64,000 nt of DNA from Amoebophrya sp. A120 (GCA_905178155.1 CAJINV010000003.1:6691612-6755611), one strand, 5' to 3'; positions 1 to 12,292 are shown, counted from the first letter of the stretch. The notes: generated by a model from the sequence alone, not told the origin. Translations and numbers: made by a program.

Positions 1-3000
1 CTTCCACGACTGCCACTTTGTGGCGGTCGTTCGCTTCCCACATTTCGCAGCATTGGACAACAGCGCGCAGTGTTTTCGGTCTCCTGCCCCTGTCTCGTAC
101 AAAATTAGCATAAACGAGTCGCAACCTTTCGTGACAGCGCACAGGTACCGACATTCGGCCACCGTGTACTCTCGCCGGTTGTCTTGGTAGAACCTCGAAG
201 CGGACCCGTCCGCAGTATCGTAAGGAAAAATCCCCCCTCCCCATATCGCGACGAAGTTCCTGACGGTGGATTTCCGTACACAAATGCGCGCTGTCCTGCA
301 ATAAGGCATCGCAGCCAGATCCTCAGCCTAGGGAGGGGCGTTCGGGATCGGGTCTAGTTGTTTAGCATTACAAACAGCTGCCCCCTAGGCCCAACAGCAT
401 GCCAAATCGCTTCCATAATGGCGCGGAAGCCTCTGCGCTTGTCCTCTTGCAGGACAGACATGGATTGTGGTCTCAAATCAGCAACACAAATTTTCGGAAA
501 CATACCGCTTCGATATGGGGAGGGCGGATTTTTCCTCTCAATACGCAGGGCAACTGCCGTGCGTCGTGAGAATTATTCCCGGGCCGCCATTCTTCGGACA
601 TATCGAAGAAAAAAACCCCATCACAATCACAAAATTCAAATTTTCAAAATTTTGCAGGAGCTGAACAAAAAATTATTTTGATTTTCAGGTAAGAAAATAC
701 TTTTCAATTCTCGAATGCGAATGTATTTATTTTTGTGTTAGCTATTTGGTTATGTCAAAAATGGCGGCTTGAATAAGCTAGTTAAGAAAGAGTTCTGAAG
801 ACAAACGATCAGCTTCCAGCAGACGAAGCTTGGTAGATGGGGTTGTCGCCCTCTGGCCCCAGGTGGGGCCAGAGGGCGACAACCCACACTACCACTGTTC
901 GTCTGCTGGAAGCTGAGCGATTGTCTTCAGAAATCTCTCTTCTTAACTAGCTAGCTTACCGCCAATAGCCAATATCATAAGTCATCTGCTGCAAAACTCA
1001 ACATTCAAAACCAGATACAACAGGTTCGGGAGTGCCGCGAAAGTCCAACGAAGTTTTAATTTTGATGGTCAAAAATTTTGAAAATTTGAATTTTGTGATT
1101 GTGATGGTGTTTTTTTCTTCGATAGGACAGGAATCCGTGTCAATCGGCGGGACCGCGGAGCTGTCGAGGCAATAGGCGCTGTTCTTCTCGAGGGAGTAGT
1201 ATTTCGTTGTCTTTAGCTTCTTCGGCTTTGGCTGGTCCGGACCAGGTGTGATATCCTCGCCCCGAGAAAAGCCAGCCTTTGTAAATTTACAGCCTCCATT
1301 ATGCAAGAAAAAAACTATGTGAGTGTAAATCTGTGATGGGAAACACACAACACAATCACACCTGTCATGCTGGTCAGCCATCAACTCCTGTTTTCGTATG
1401 TCTTTTCACGTACAGGCTGCGCATGACAGGTTTTCTTTGTCATGTAGAGCAATTTTGTCATGCTGTCTCTCCAAGACACCTACACTCACGCAGCTTTTTT
1501 CTTGGATATCCATCGTTCGCGCAAAAGCCGGTAGCTGACGGGGAGTCGTTGCATCTCCTGAGCAAAAACGTCCCCACACTAGAGTTCTTGTCATGCAAAT
1601 CTACACGCCAAAAAAGTTTCTCATGCGGAGCCCCATGAGAAGCATTCTCTATTCGTGTTTAGGGATTTTTGATGCTAGAATCAGCATGACAATCTAGGTC
1701 TGTGATGCTGCTTAACTAGCTAAAACAGAAGCACACTACGACGGCAAGCCTGTCATGCGAAACCACTTAAAGCTGGTTGATTTGTCTAGCAGATTTCCCA
1801 GCTTGACTCTGGTCGTGTGGGGACGTTTTTACACAGGATATTGCACATCTCGAAGCCAGCGCATTCCGGGTCCTCGCGACAGCGCGCGTCGCAGACCTTC
1901 AAGTTCCCGTTCGCCGTGGGTAGCGCCAAGCTCGTTTTCTCATCGAAGTTCAGCGGGATTCCACTGAACTCCGCGGGACACACGTCGTACCCGACGGCGC
2001 TGGCCCCCGGATGCGCGTGCACGCCCAGCGCGACCGAACGGGATGCCAGACGGCAACTGCGCATCTCGTACCCTGTCACGGCGTCCGCGTCCTGTGCGTT
2101 GGTGGAGCACCCTTCTCGAACCAGGTCACACGTACGCGGGAACGCGGTTGTGAGGAAAAACGCGGAGCATTCCTTTTCCTGCGAACACAGGTAGCGGCAC
2201 TCGCTCGGCGTGTAGGGGCGCTGTTCGCCGGAATACCGCAGTAGCAGCAGGTCGGCCTCGTACGATACGCCAGACGGGGGTACACAGGAACCGTAAAACG
2301 CGGGAGCGCAGGAAACCGAGTCCACCTTCGGCACCTCCGTCCGCTCCAGGCAGGTTTCCTGGTTCCTTGCCAAGGTGTAGTACGCCAAGCTCCCGGCCCC
2401 GCTGGTCGGCCCGCTGGTCGGTCCGGTCCTCGCGCACGCCCGCTCGGTTTTGCGGAAGAAGGAACACTTTGCCCCTTTGCCCTCACTGGTCGCACCTTCG
2501 TAGACGTACACGTGGGCGCCGCAGATTGTAAGGGGGTCGTCCCCAAAGGTGTATGACGTCCCTTTGGAGGTGCGGTCCAATTGGGCTAGCACGTACACCC
2601 GCTGCACCGGCTGCTTCGCCAAGAGGGTGGCGCTGCCCGCGTCCAGGCTGACCACCGTGCCGCCTTCGCTGCCCGGTAGCACGCGCCCGAGCTGAATGTA
2701 GTCCGTGCCCGCCACCATGGTGCCGCCGGTGAGCAGGCCGTACAGCTCCCCCGCGATGGCGGCGTAGTTGCTCGATTGATCTTCGTCCACTGTGATCGGC
2801 GGATCCAGCCACACGGTCGCGTAGTCCAGGCGTTCCTTCAGCGAGGGGTCCGACACATCCCGGTTGAACAGGTGCAGGTGGGACATGTGCCGCCGAATGG
2901 AATTCTTGAACCCGACCCGCCACCAGTTGAGACCCGTCTCCGGAGTGCTGTCGGTAGCGCCGGTCCCCGCCGTGAAAGCGCACGTGTCTCCCCAGGGGGA

Positions 3001-6000
3001 GCTGCCACGTTCGTACCCGAGCGGGTTCGTCGCCACTTTGTCCGTATAGCTGCCATCCATGCTCACCTGCTCCGCCGTCAGGTCTGCCTGTGCCACCCGT
3101 GTTGGCGCACCCACCAAGGTAAATCCCATGCAGTCGGCGATGGAGCGGCACTCCGCATCGCACGACTGCACGGACTGGCCCGCATTGGCCGACTCGGAAA
3201 TCTGTAGCGGGTGGGACAGCGCGGCGGCGCGGTAGTAAACCGCGGCCGCCGCCGCCTGATCCGAAACAAAATACGCCCCGCAGCCGCCGCGCCAAGCCGC
3301 CGCGCACACCGGGTCGGTAAGGTCGCGCGGAACACGGTCTCGCCGCTCTGGCTGCTCAGCCCCCGCCTCATTCGCCGGCTGCGGAAGCTGGTCCAAGAAG
3401 GGAATCAGCACGCAAATGTTATCCTGTGTAAAAACGTCTCCTGTCATGCAAATGTTGCGCAATGACAGGAACATTTCATCTCCATGAGGGGCATTTTCAA
3501 TCGAGTTTTGGCCTTTGTAATTCTGTAAACAGGATGAGCAACTGGCTTTCTCGTGCGGCTTCCCTTGCTAACTGTAACTACCACTACACTGCAGATGGAA
3601 TCTTGTCATGCACAACTCCCAACACGCCCTCGCGGAGATTTGTGTTGCAGATTTACCGACTTGACCAAGGGGTCATGGGAAGGCTTTTGCTCAAGATAAG
3701 TGTGGTAGTCGTCCGCGTGGCTGAGGTAGCTTGGCCGAAACCAGTCGCGGATCTGGGCCACATGGTTCAGCCTTTGGCACTCGGGCGGGTCGTACTGATT
3801 TATCTCGTTGGTGCTTTTTTCCAACCGGCAGGACGCGCCCAGTCGCCCGTTTTCACTGTTGCACTTAGTGCACCACCCAGGGACTGTTTCACTTACTGCA
3901 CCACTGCAGGGGAAGTGACTCTCCTGCGGCCGGGGACCACAGCCCGTGCACAAAGGCTTCTCGACCGGACCGGCCGAGCTGGCAGACGGCTCGGCGGTTG
4001 CAGTGCTGCTGCTGCTGGTGTGCGAAGCGTGGAGGATCTTCGGCAGACCTGCTCGGTCGGTATCGTGGAAAGGCATTCCGTGCCCCGGGAGGGCGGTCAG
4101 CTGGCGCGGATCGGGCATTAGCCGGATCGAGACCGTGTGGAGCTCACCAGCGGTGATAGTGGCCCCAGGGAGCAGCGCAGGATCCCAGATTTGCAGCGTT
4201 TGGTTAAAAACCTGTCCCGGTATGTCGTGCCACGCATCTCCCGGCTTCCAGCCGGCCCCGCCTCGCAGCGTGAAATAATCCAACTCGACAATGTACTCCT
4301 TGCCTTCCTCCTCGCACTGTAGCACCAACTCGAACGATGTCTTGGCTTCGCACTTGTCGGCGTTCAGGTAGCTGATACCGCATGTTTCCTCCGACCCCCA
4401 CTTCTCTGCCACGAACGTCATCTCGAAAGACTCCAGCACTTCCTCCGGACTGACTTCCACTCCCACAAAGAGCGACGTCGCGTTGCACTTCCGCTGGTCC
4501 GCCAGAGAGCTGGTCGGCGTGGTGCCCGGCTCCGTTTCCCCGCCGCAACCGAGATGGCACACCCAGTGGTTGAACTCGTAGCGGTTGTCCGAGGCTCAGC
4601 CGTGGCAAACCCAGTATTGCCCCCCGAATGCGGGCGTGAGCCCCTCGCAGGGGCGGGCGTCCGCGTCCACGCCACCCCGGGCAAAGTCGCCGGACCGGAT
4701 CGTTTTATCGTTCACTTTCATCTGCAGGAACACATCGGCGTCCGGAGAGAACAGGTTGGCGCCCGTGACGAAGTCAAAGGCGTGCTCGTGGGACGCACGG
4801 AAGTCGGTGGCTACCGTGCCGCCCAGGCTCGGAAAATGAGGAAAAAAGAAGGAGCGCGCCAGGTCCGCGTGGATCTCCAGGGAATGCTGCACGCGTGCAC
4901 CAGGCGTGGTGCCCCGTTCCTCCTCTTCGCAAATCTGGCCTCGCTTGACGCAGTGGCAGTAGAAGCTGAGTCCGGACCCGTCGGTGACGGGCAGAATGCC
5001 GTACGTCAGCACCGCCCCGCATTCGCGATCCTCGTCCACCTCTGCCCGGCAGCTTTCTGCCGTGTTGGCAGTCGCAGCGAGCGCCTTAACCACGGTCCCG
5101 ACCGTGCCACCGCAGGCGTAATTCTGCTTCCCGCTTCCGATGGGGTACTTGCGAAACCAGCGGGGCGAAGACAGCGTCTTGGCCGCGGCCATCGTGCGAA
5201 TGCCGATTTCGCGCGCATACAGGATGTCCGCGCCGGTGGTCCGCGCGGCTCTCGGCGGGAGCAGGTACGAGTAGGCGCCCGGGACAAGCACGTCGCTTGC
5301 TGTTTCCGTCGTAGTTCCTGCCCCGCCGCTTGAAGTAGAAGACGCACTGGTCGCGGTCGTCGTGTAGTTCCGGGACTGCACGAGCCAGGAGGGCGCCACG
5401 TAGTGGGTGGCGTAGTTCAGCAATGGCTTGACGCGTTCGCGGCCTGTGTAGGGGCTCCGCATCAGACTGGCGCGGTCCCGTGTGGCGTCCTGGTCTTCGA
5501 ACGTCATCTGGGTCCGTACGTAGATCCACGCACCCGCGAGCATGATATTTTTCGCGTGTCCGCGATGGCCCACGCTGAAGCCGACAATCCACTGCTCCAC
5601 ATTGTGCCACCGTCCGGAAGCCGGAATTTCGCCCGTATTCCCGCCATACTCGTCGCCGTACGGCCACGCGGCAAGAAAGTGGTCGCCTCTCGTGAAAGGC
5701 ACGCGGTCGCGGTGCAATAATGTGAAGAGCGCGATGCTGAGATGATTTTGCCGACTCCAGTACGACCCTGCGTCCTCGGCGCGGTTGAACAAAACAATGG
5801 CTGCAACGTAACGCGGAATGTTGTCGGGAAACACCACTTTCCACCAGCCCATTTCACTCGCTGCCGTAACCGTATGAACCGGAATGTGTTGGTACCGGAT
5901 CCACTGCATGCCCAATCCGTCTGCATTAGTCTTCGTCAAGTGGTAGTCGTGTCGCCGCGGGCTGTAGTCCCCGTACTGGCGGTTCAGGGGCCCCTCAAAA

Positions 6001-9000
6001 GCGACCTCGTGGTAAGGGTCAAGCGCTCCGGTACCCCCTGGGTAGACGTCCGCGCCCCGCCCGCTCGCCGTCAGCATCTTGCTTTGCCACGGGTCCAACA
6101 TCTCCCCGGGATGGGGCGACAGGGGCTCGGCGCGCGCCAGAAAGAGGTGGAACCCGCACACCGTCAGGGCCTGGTCGCCGAATCCACTGGCGCCGTCGTT
6201 GACGATTTTGATGCGGCGGAACCAGCGGTATGCATTGCAAGAAAATTATCGTACTAGTATAAATCGCAATACAAATTGCCTCAGCATTAATAGAAATGGA
6301 ATTTGCAATGCTGTTTTACGTTTAGGAAGAACATTTGTCACGACGCATAGTTGCAATTACTACGAGCAGTACGATACTTTTGCACAGGATAAGCGGCGCA
6401 CGGGGACGTAGGTCCCGAACGGGGATACGTACAGCGGGAGCCGGAAGGCCGCCGTCACCTCGTCGTCGAAAAAGACAGCAGCCTGGGCGAGGGACTGACC
6501 CTGTATGCCCTCGCGACTGTAGATGACAAAGCCGTCCACCGGCCGCGCAGTGGAGTGGGTGGACCGCCCCATGTCCGCATTGATGCTGACCCCGGGCTTA
6601 TCGAAAGGAAAAATCTCCCCTCCCCATATCAAATAAAACGCAATTTCTGAGGCTGGATTATTTGTGTACACAGAGCAGCTTTGTATTGCAGGAAGGCATT
6701 GCGGCCAGATCCCCGCGCTAGGTAGGGGCGTATTGGTCTAGTTGTTCACCATGGCAAACCGCTCCCCTTTAGGCCCAACAGCATGACAAATCGCTTCCAC
6801 AATGGGGCGGAAGCTTCTGCCCTGGTCTTCTTGCAAGACAAATGTGATTTGTGAACTCAAATCAGCAACACAAATTTTCGGAAGCATACCTTTTCACTAT
6901 GGGGAGGGGGAGTTTTTCCTTTTAATAGGGCTCCTGGAATTCCGCCTGCCAGAACGCGGTACCGCGAACGGCCGGCACGTCCGTTTGGCTGCACTGCCTA
7001 TGAAAGTGCACAACTACCCCTCCCCCTCGTTTGTCATGCAAGATCCCAAATCCAGCTGCTGCCTTGTAGCACTGTTTGCACCATGCTGACAAACTCTGGA
7101 AGCCCAAACAGTACTACATGAGGCGCATAAATTTCAAATTGTCAACATGCATAGGCTCCATGTGTGCTGGTGTCTGTATTACTGCTCATGCCATACGAAT
7201 GGGGGGGAGGGGGAGTTGTGCACTGTCATACTGGGACGCGAGGGACGCGAAGGCAGAGGAGTCGTAGTAGGCGCGCGCCACCAGCGACGTGTCCGCGGCA
7301 CCGGTGCCGGGGGCGTGGCTCGCCTTCAAAGTGCCGGTGTCATACGAGGAGACTCGGGGCGACTCGTTTGGCCGCTTCCCGCCGTCAAAGAGCAGCCCCG
7401 GAAGCGCCGCGTTGGGCTTCAGGACCATGACGCGGTCCCAGGGAATCCGCCTATGAAAGCCTCAGAATGGAAATTCTCAAAGTGGAATATAATTTGATGT
7501 AATGCATGATGAAATGCGGCACCAAAAAGACTGCATTCAAGAGAAGGCAATGGAGTCCGACTAATATTGTAGTGCTTCTACGGATTCAGAATTATTGGGC
7601 TGCTGACTTATTAGCACGATAGAGGGTCACGTCCCCTTTGCCTAACTAGCATGACAGACGCGTTTTGAGTGCCCCCGGGGAAATTTGTCATGCGCCGACT
7701 AGAAATGGCACTTCAACTGGAATGATCGTTTTTTTTGCAATTGCAAATTTACTATATTTTCACCTTGAGGATTTCCAACCTGATGCTTTCATACCGCCAC
7801 CAGTGCTGGGGCAGGGGAATGCTGAGCTGGCGTTCCTCCACCTCCGCCAGGGAAAGTTTCTCGCTAGCCCCGGTACTAGTCGCGAGCTCGTCCTCGGCAG
7901 AAAGCATGACGCCACTGGTCCGGAACTCGCTCTCGCGCAGGACACTCTTTCGGCACTCCGCCGTCATCTCCATCGCGTCGACGTCGCTCTGTGCCGACTT
8001 TGTTATGGAGGCATCCGCGGCCCATCCCAACAACAGGCAGCCATTGGTTGGGTCCCGCACGAAACCGTTGCAGGTGGGGTAATGCGCGCAGGTTAGCATG
8101 CACTCCTCGAAGCTGGAAAATTTCGACGCGCCACGACTGCCATAGGAAAAGGAGCCGTCCAGATCAGTGCCCCCGACGAGTGTCGTGGCTTCGTCCCGAA
8201 CGCAGGTGGTTGGGATGGGGATCTGGGTCATCACGTGCGCCAAGCGGAAACTCGCTTTCCACGGGTCCAGAAACTTCAGGAGCTGGCTACGGCACTATCA
8301 AATGCAAAAGTGTCTGGGTCTGGAATGTTGCCGGGGTTGTCATGCATATTTTGCATGACCCAGGATGTCTGTAATGCGTGGCCTAGCATCAGAGATTTTT
8401 AGAGGGCTTCCTGATGCCTATTCCGCATGACAAATGCCCGCCCCGCGTAGCAAAAGCTAGACTTTTCTTGCTGATCATGCAATACAGATTTTTTTAGAGT
8501 CCAAACTTAGCATCACAAGCTCCAACCTTCCAGACCCAGACACTTTTGCATTTGATAGGCAACCAGAAGACAGCACTGTCACGTCGTAGTCGTAGTTCGT
8601 CTGCCACTTCACATGGGTCATGTCACCAGTTTCAAAGCTATTCTTCTCTAGGAGGCAGTTACTGCTTTGAGGTGGAAAACCGCGCTTGTGAAAATTGAAG
8701 CCCGTGCACTCTTCCACCGCTGCACAGCTCAGGAGACAGTCCTGGTAGGTGCGCGCCTGCGGCACCGTCTCGAAGCCGGCGTCATTATAAAACCGGTTTA
8801 GGTACCGTACGCAATCCGCCGGCGGCGCGTGGAACTTTCGCGGCACCATCCGGCGGCGGCACTTCGGGGTATAGAGGGAAAACGCGTGATCTTAGGGAGT
8901 GCCGCTACTTACCCCTAAGAAAAGTCGCAGCCTGTCTTCATGCCGAGATGCTATTTCCTCCTGATTTGTCATGCAAAGAGCACACAAAAAACCACCCCAT

Positions 9001-11468
9001 GTCCATTCCATGCGGTCTGCAGTGGTTTTTGGTGGGCGTTTTGCATCACAACAAGAGGTTTCTAGGCGAATCTGCATGAAAGGCCGCGGCCTTTTTTCTT
9101 AGGACTAGCAGCAGCCGGGAAGGTCACTCATTTCCTTCTCCCCTCCATACGGGGTCATCACCAGCGAATCGGTGGTCAGGTCCGTCACGGCCGCGCTCGC
9201 GGGCATGTCCTGTTTGAGGCGGCAGTTTTTTTCGTTCACCCCGGCCCCCTATCAATCGCAAATATGTCTCCTGGTCTGGAGGAAGATTCTGAGACTTGTC
9301 ACGCACGTTTTGCGTGAGCCATGATGTCTGTGATACATGCCGTAGCATCCCAGATTTTTTAAGAGGTTCTTGAAGATGATGCCAATTCCGCATGACAAAT
9401 CCCCTCTCCGTGTAAGTAGCAATATTACAACATTCCCGCGTTTGCTGCTCATCCAATTCAAAATTTTTTCCAAATCCAAATGCAGCATCACAGGTTGCAT
9501 TCTTCCAGACCACCCAGACATATTTCCACTTGATACCCCCAGCCGGAACGTGATCCCGGCACAGCCTTCGAGTTTGGCACAGATGCGGACGCAGCCTTCA
9601 AAGTGCACCGCGTCGGTCACGAAGTCCGCCGCTTGGGCGGACCCGCCGAGCGCGTTGCCCCCGAGCGGAAGCGGGTAGTCCAGGAACTTGAGCCGTTTGC
9701 AGTAATACTTTGCGTCCCCCTCCGCGGAAGGAGCGCCGTAGGCCGGGACTGGAACCTCGAAGATGTTCGCCCGGGACAGCATCGCGGTGGTGCGGTTGGC
9801 GGCCGCCTGGTAGGCCGCCGGGGAGGCGAATTGGGGGACGCCGCGGGTAACGAACAGGTGGAAGCCCGCCACGCGGAGGTAACTGTCTCGGTTTCCGTCC
9901 TTGTCGGGGCCGAGCGCGGACACCAGGCGAATGCTGAACACCCACCGGTGCACATTGACCCAGGAGGTGCGCGCACTCTCACTGCCCCCCGACAAGGGGC
10001 TGGGGACGTAACTGTCCCAGTCGTATACGTTGCTCCGAAAGTAGGACTCGTCATCGTTGTACACCAAAAGCGCTCCCGCGAGGGTTGAAGTGCCCGACTG
10101 CTGCAGAAAAAACCCCTCCACGGGGCGCGGAACACCGTCCGCGAACCGCACCTCCCACCAGGCCGATTGCGTTAGCGGGGGTATGTACCGGGTCTTCCGA
10201 ATGAGCAAGGTGTAGAAGGGCACGTCGGTCATGGTGGACACCCCGTAATATCCGATGGGTGCCGCTCCCTCCGACCCGGCGAGATAGTCGCCGTACGGGT
10301 TGACAGATAGACCATCGCTTGCGGTCGAGCTATGGTAGTTTTCCGGCCCCTGACTAACGAGCAACCCCGCCGCATTGTCGGGGTCTCCATTTGCGTCCAG
10401 CAGAGGGAAGGCGGTCGGCGGGATCTTGGCGAGGGGGGAAGCTTGGTAGAGCCAAAGCCCACAGATTATCGCCCGGCCCTGCACCGTCACTTTCGTTGCC
10501 CTTGCGCCCACGGAGACCCAAAAGCCCGAGACTGTCCCCAAGATCGCGGGAAGGGCCGCAATATGAGCCGAGCCGGCGTCGTCCAAATAAATAGATGCGG
10601 CGGCAAAGCTTACGCTGCGCTCGCTGTTCCGGTCTAGCCCAAAGATGACCAGACCCGCAATTTCGCGCGGAACCTGATCCGCAAACTCGACGGAATATCG
10701 ATGCGGGCCTCCGTCGGAGGAATCAGCATTCCAACAGTAGAACGGCTCGTCAGGAAGGCCGCGATTCTTCGTGTCGCCCACAGGGCGGTTTAGCGGGTTC
10801 GTGGCTGCATATGTTGCCTGGTTGTTGTACACACTGGACGCGGTCACGGAGAGGCGCGCAGGCTCCACGAAAGTGCCGCTAGATGTGGCATGGTGCGTTG
10901 ATTCGTAGAGCCAGAAGCCGCAAAAGTTCAAACCAGTGGCTTCCAGTTTGATTTTCCAGACCTGTTTGTCGAGCTGGACGAAGGTGCCGTCGTAGCGTAC
11001 GATGCTCGGTGTCTTCGCTGGCTCTGGCGAAGGACTGTCGTTCAGGTAGATCAGCGCGTTTTGAATCTGATTCCCGTCGTAAATGTTGTTCCGCCTGAAC
11101 ACTGAAAATCCCGTGATGTGCCGGGGTTTTTTGTCCTGAAATTCGACCGCCCACCAGTAGGCGAACCAGTGGTAGCACCATCCGGTGTACGAGACTATGT
11201 CCGTCGCGGTATTGTCTCCCTCTGGGCGCGTTAGCGGCAGCGAATGGTGGCACTTGCTCTCGTCGCCCCCACCACACACCGCCCAGGTCCATTCCGGGTA
11301 CGGGGCGGAGCTCGTCTGCAACAGGGTCGGCGGTACAAACAACCCGTTTGTTCCAGCAGGCCTACCCGCCTCTGTTCCCACGGGGACCAGGGGCAACTGC
11401 TGCACCAGGAGGAGCAGCAGGCTGCTCAGTGTAGGCCACGCGACGTCGCGGACGAAGCAGTCCTTCAT
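1..11468 (-). CDS. Giant secreted/surface protein (>2,600 aa, 3' end outside the window) with several PAN/Apple-like and discoidin/fucolectin (F5/8C)-like domains; 13 exons in the window
   Basis: Likely start MKDCFVRDVAWPTLSSLLLLLVQQL (signal-peptide-like, ATG 11468). Repeated Cys patterns such as CxxxCxxxxxCxGF...CxL (ECRYLCSQEKECSAF, CVRICAKLEGCAGI, CMLTCAHYPTCNGF) and WWxVxF...LFNR motifs. Removing 12 introners plus one DR each (3,581 nt) leaves 7,887 nt = 2,629 codons in frame to position 1. One in-frame TGA at 4596-4598. Confidence 0.85.
216..543. mobile_element. Introner (non-canonical intron), family A
   Basis: TIR AGGAAAAATCCCCCCTCCCCATATCG / CGATATGGGGAGGGCGGATTTTTCCT; TAT...ATA ends; DR CGCAG at 211-215 and 544-548; excision joins GSCPA-DGSASRF in frame. 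Confidence 0.92.
601..1124. mobile_element. Introner with ~50-bp TIR and nested internal foldback
   Basis: TIR TATCGAAGAAAAAAACCCCATCACAATCACAAAATTCAAATTTTCAAAATTTT mirrored at ~1072-1124; DR GGACA (596-600, 1125-1129); joins TDSCP-KNGGPG. Confidence 0.92.
1300..1508. mobile_element. Introner
   Basis: TIR TATGCAAGAAAAAAACTATGTGAGTGTA / TACACTCACGCAGCTTTTTTCTTGGATA; DR TCCAT (1295-1299, 1509-1513); joins CANDG-GCKFTK. Confidence 0.9.
1554..1840. mobile_element. Introner (left terminus TCT rather than TAT)
   Basis: TIR TCTCCTGAGCAAAAACGTCCCCACAC / GTGTGGGGACGTTTTTACACAGGATA; DR TTGCA (1549-1553, 1841-1845); joins GFEMCN-DSPSATG. Confidence 0.88.
3420..3698. mobile_element. Introner
   Basis: TIR TATCCTGTGTAAAAACGTCTCC / GGAAGGCTTTTGCTCAAGATA; imperfect DR AATGT/AGTGT; joins DDYH(T/I)-CVLIPF in frame. 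Confidence 0.85.
6229..6391. mobile_element. Introner (short, 163 bp)
   Basis: TIR TATGCATTGCAAGAAAATTATCGTACT / AGTACGATACTTTTGCACAGGATA; DR AGCGG; joins PVRR-WFRRIK. Confidence 0.88.
6599..6927. mobile_element. Introner, family A (paralog of 216-543)
   Basis: Same TIR and shared internal sequence (TAGGCCCAACAGCATG.CAAATCGCTTCCA, CTCAAATCAGCAACACAAATTTTCGGAA); DR GGGCT; joins EFQEP-GVSINA. Confidence 0.92.
6999..7230. mobile_element. Introner
   Basis: TIR TATGAAAGTGCACAACTACCCCTCCCCC / GGGGGAGGGGGAGTTGTGCACTGTCATA; imperfect DR CTGCC/CTGGG; joins SLASQ-CSQTDV. Confidence 0.88.
7452..7793. mobile_element. Introner
   Basis: TIR TATGAAAGCCTCAGAATGGAAATTCTCAAAGTG / CACCTTGAGGATTTCCAACCTGATGCTTTCATA; DR CCGCC; joins HWWR-IPWDRV. 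Confidence 0.9.
8296..8557. mobile_element. Introner, family B (TCTGGGTCTGGAA TIR)
   Basis: Perfect ~30-bp TIR TATCAAATGCAAAAGTGTCTGGGTCTGGAA; DR GGCAC/GGCAA; joins SSGC-RSQLLK; closely similar full-length copy at 48266-48527. Confidence 0.92.
8870..9149. mobile_element. Introner, family C
   Basis: TATAGAGGGAAA...CCCCTCCATA ends; DR CGGGG; joins LVMTP-KCRRRM; related to 30072-30354. Confidence 0.87.
9250..9535. mobile_element. Introner, family B-related
   Basis: TIR TATCAATCGCAAATATGTCT..TGGTCTGGA / TCCAGACCA..CAGACATATTTCCACTTGATA; DR CCCCC; joins FRLG-AGVNEKNCRL. Confidence 0.9.
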
Positions 11469-12292
11469 CTTGAAGGCCTTTTTACTTCTTTTGCAGCAGA
11501 AAAAATTGTAGTGCTGCGCGCCGCCTCTACTGCGCGGCCGCCAGAACCACGAGCACAAGCGGTGGGCTGCGGCACAACATCCTGCAGCTGCAGCTAGACC
11601 CAGAATTTTTATCCATGGCAGAAACGAGGAAAGGTACCAATTCATCAAAAACGGCAATGTCTCGGCCGGACGAGCAGGAGAAGATGAGCCAGAAATCAAA
11701 AATACTGGCTTGCTCCTGGTGGTTCTGCTACAGCGAGAAGCGGGAAGATCTTGATGTTGCCTGGGCGGGTCGGAACAACATGTCATGATTTCTACTACCT
11801 ATCGGGATCTATAAATATATGCGCGTGTAGACAGCACGCACGGGACCCGCTGAAAAGTCTCGCTTCACCGTGGGACGAGGTAGATACCACATGTTAAAAC
11901 GAGGGGAGTTGCACTACCTTTTGTGCGTTGATCTTGATCTTAACTATCATGCGAGTAGATTATCTGATCGATTTTGCGGAGCGTTGCTAGTTTTGCTTCT
12001 GATATCGCAGACATGATTAGATTACTTCCTGTTCCTGTTCCTTTATTTTCATAGGTCCGCGTCGCAGGAACGCGGAACGTGCGGAATACGAAAGAACATT
12101 CGCGGACAGCGTGAGGATGTTCAGCGAAATACTGCGCAGACGTCACGCTGTCATGGACAGGCTTCGCATTCATCCTTAAATCTCATCCGATGCTCCACGA
12201 CGTTTCCTGAGCATTTTGCTTTTGATTTCTGAAATATGAGATAACAACTTCCATGGAAGTACTTTTGATTGTTGTTGCTAGCGCGTACATTT

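Noticed and set aside
11940-12210. In-frame TGA extension or extra exon of the 12293 gene
   Set aside because: The gene ends plausibly at IGLYYVTFG*; no homology or splice support for the downstream ORF.
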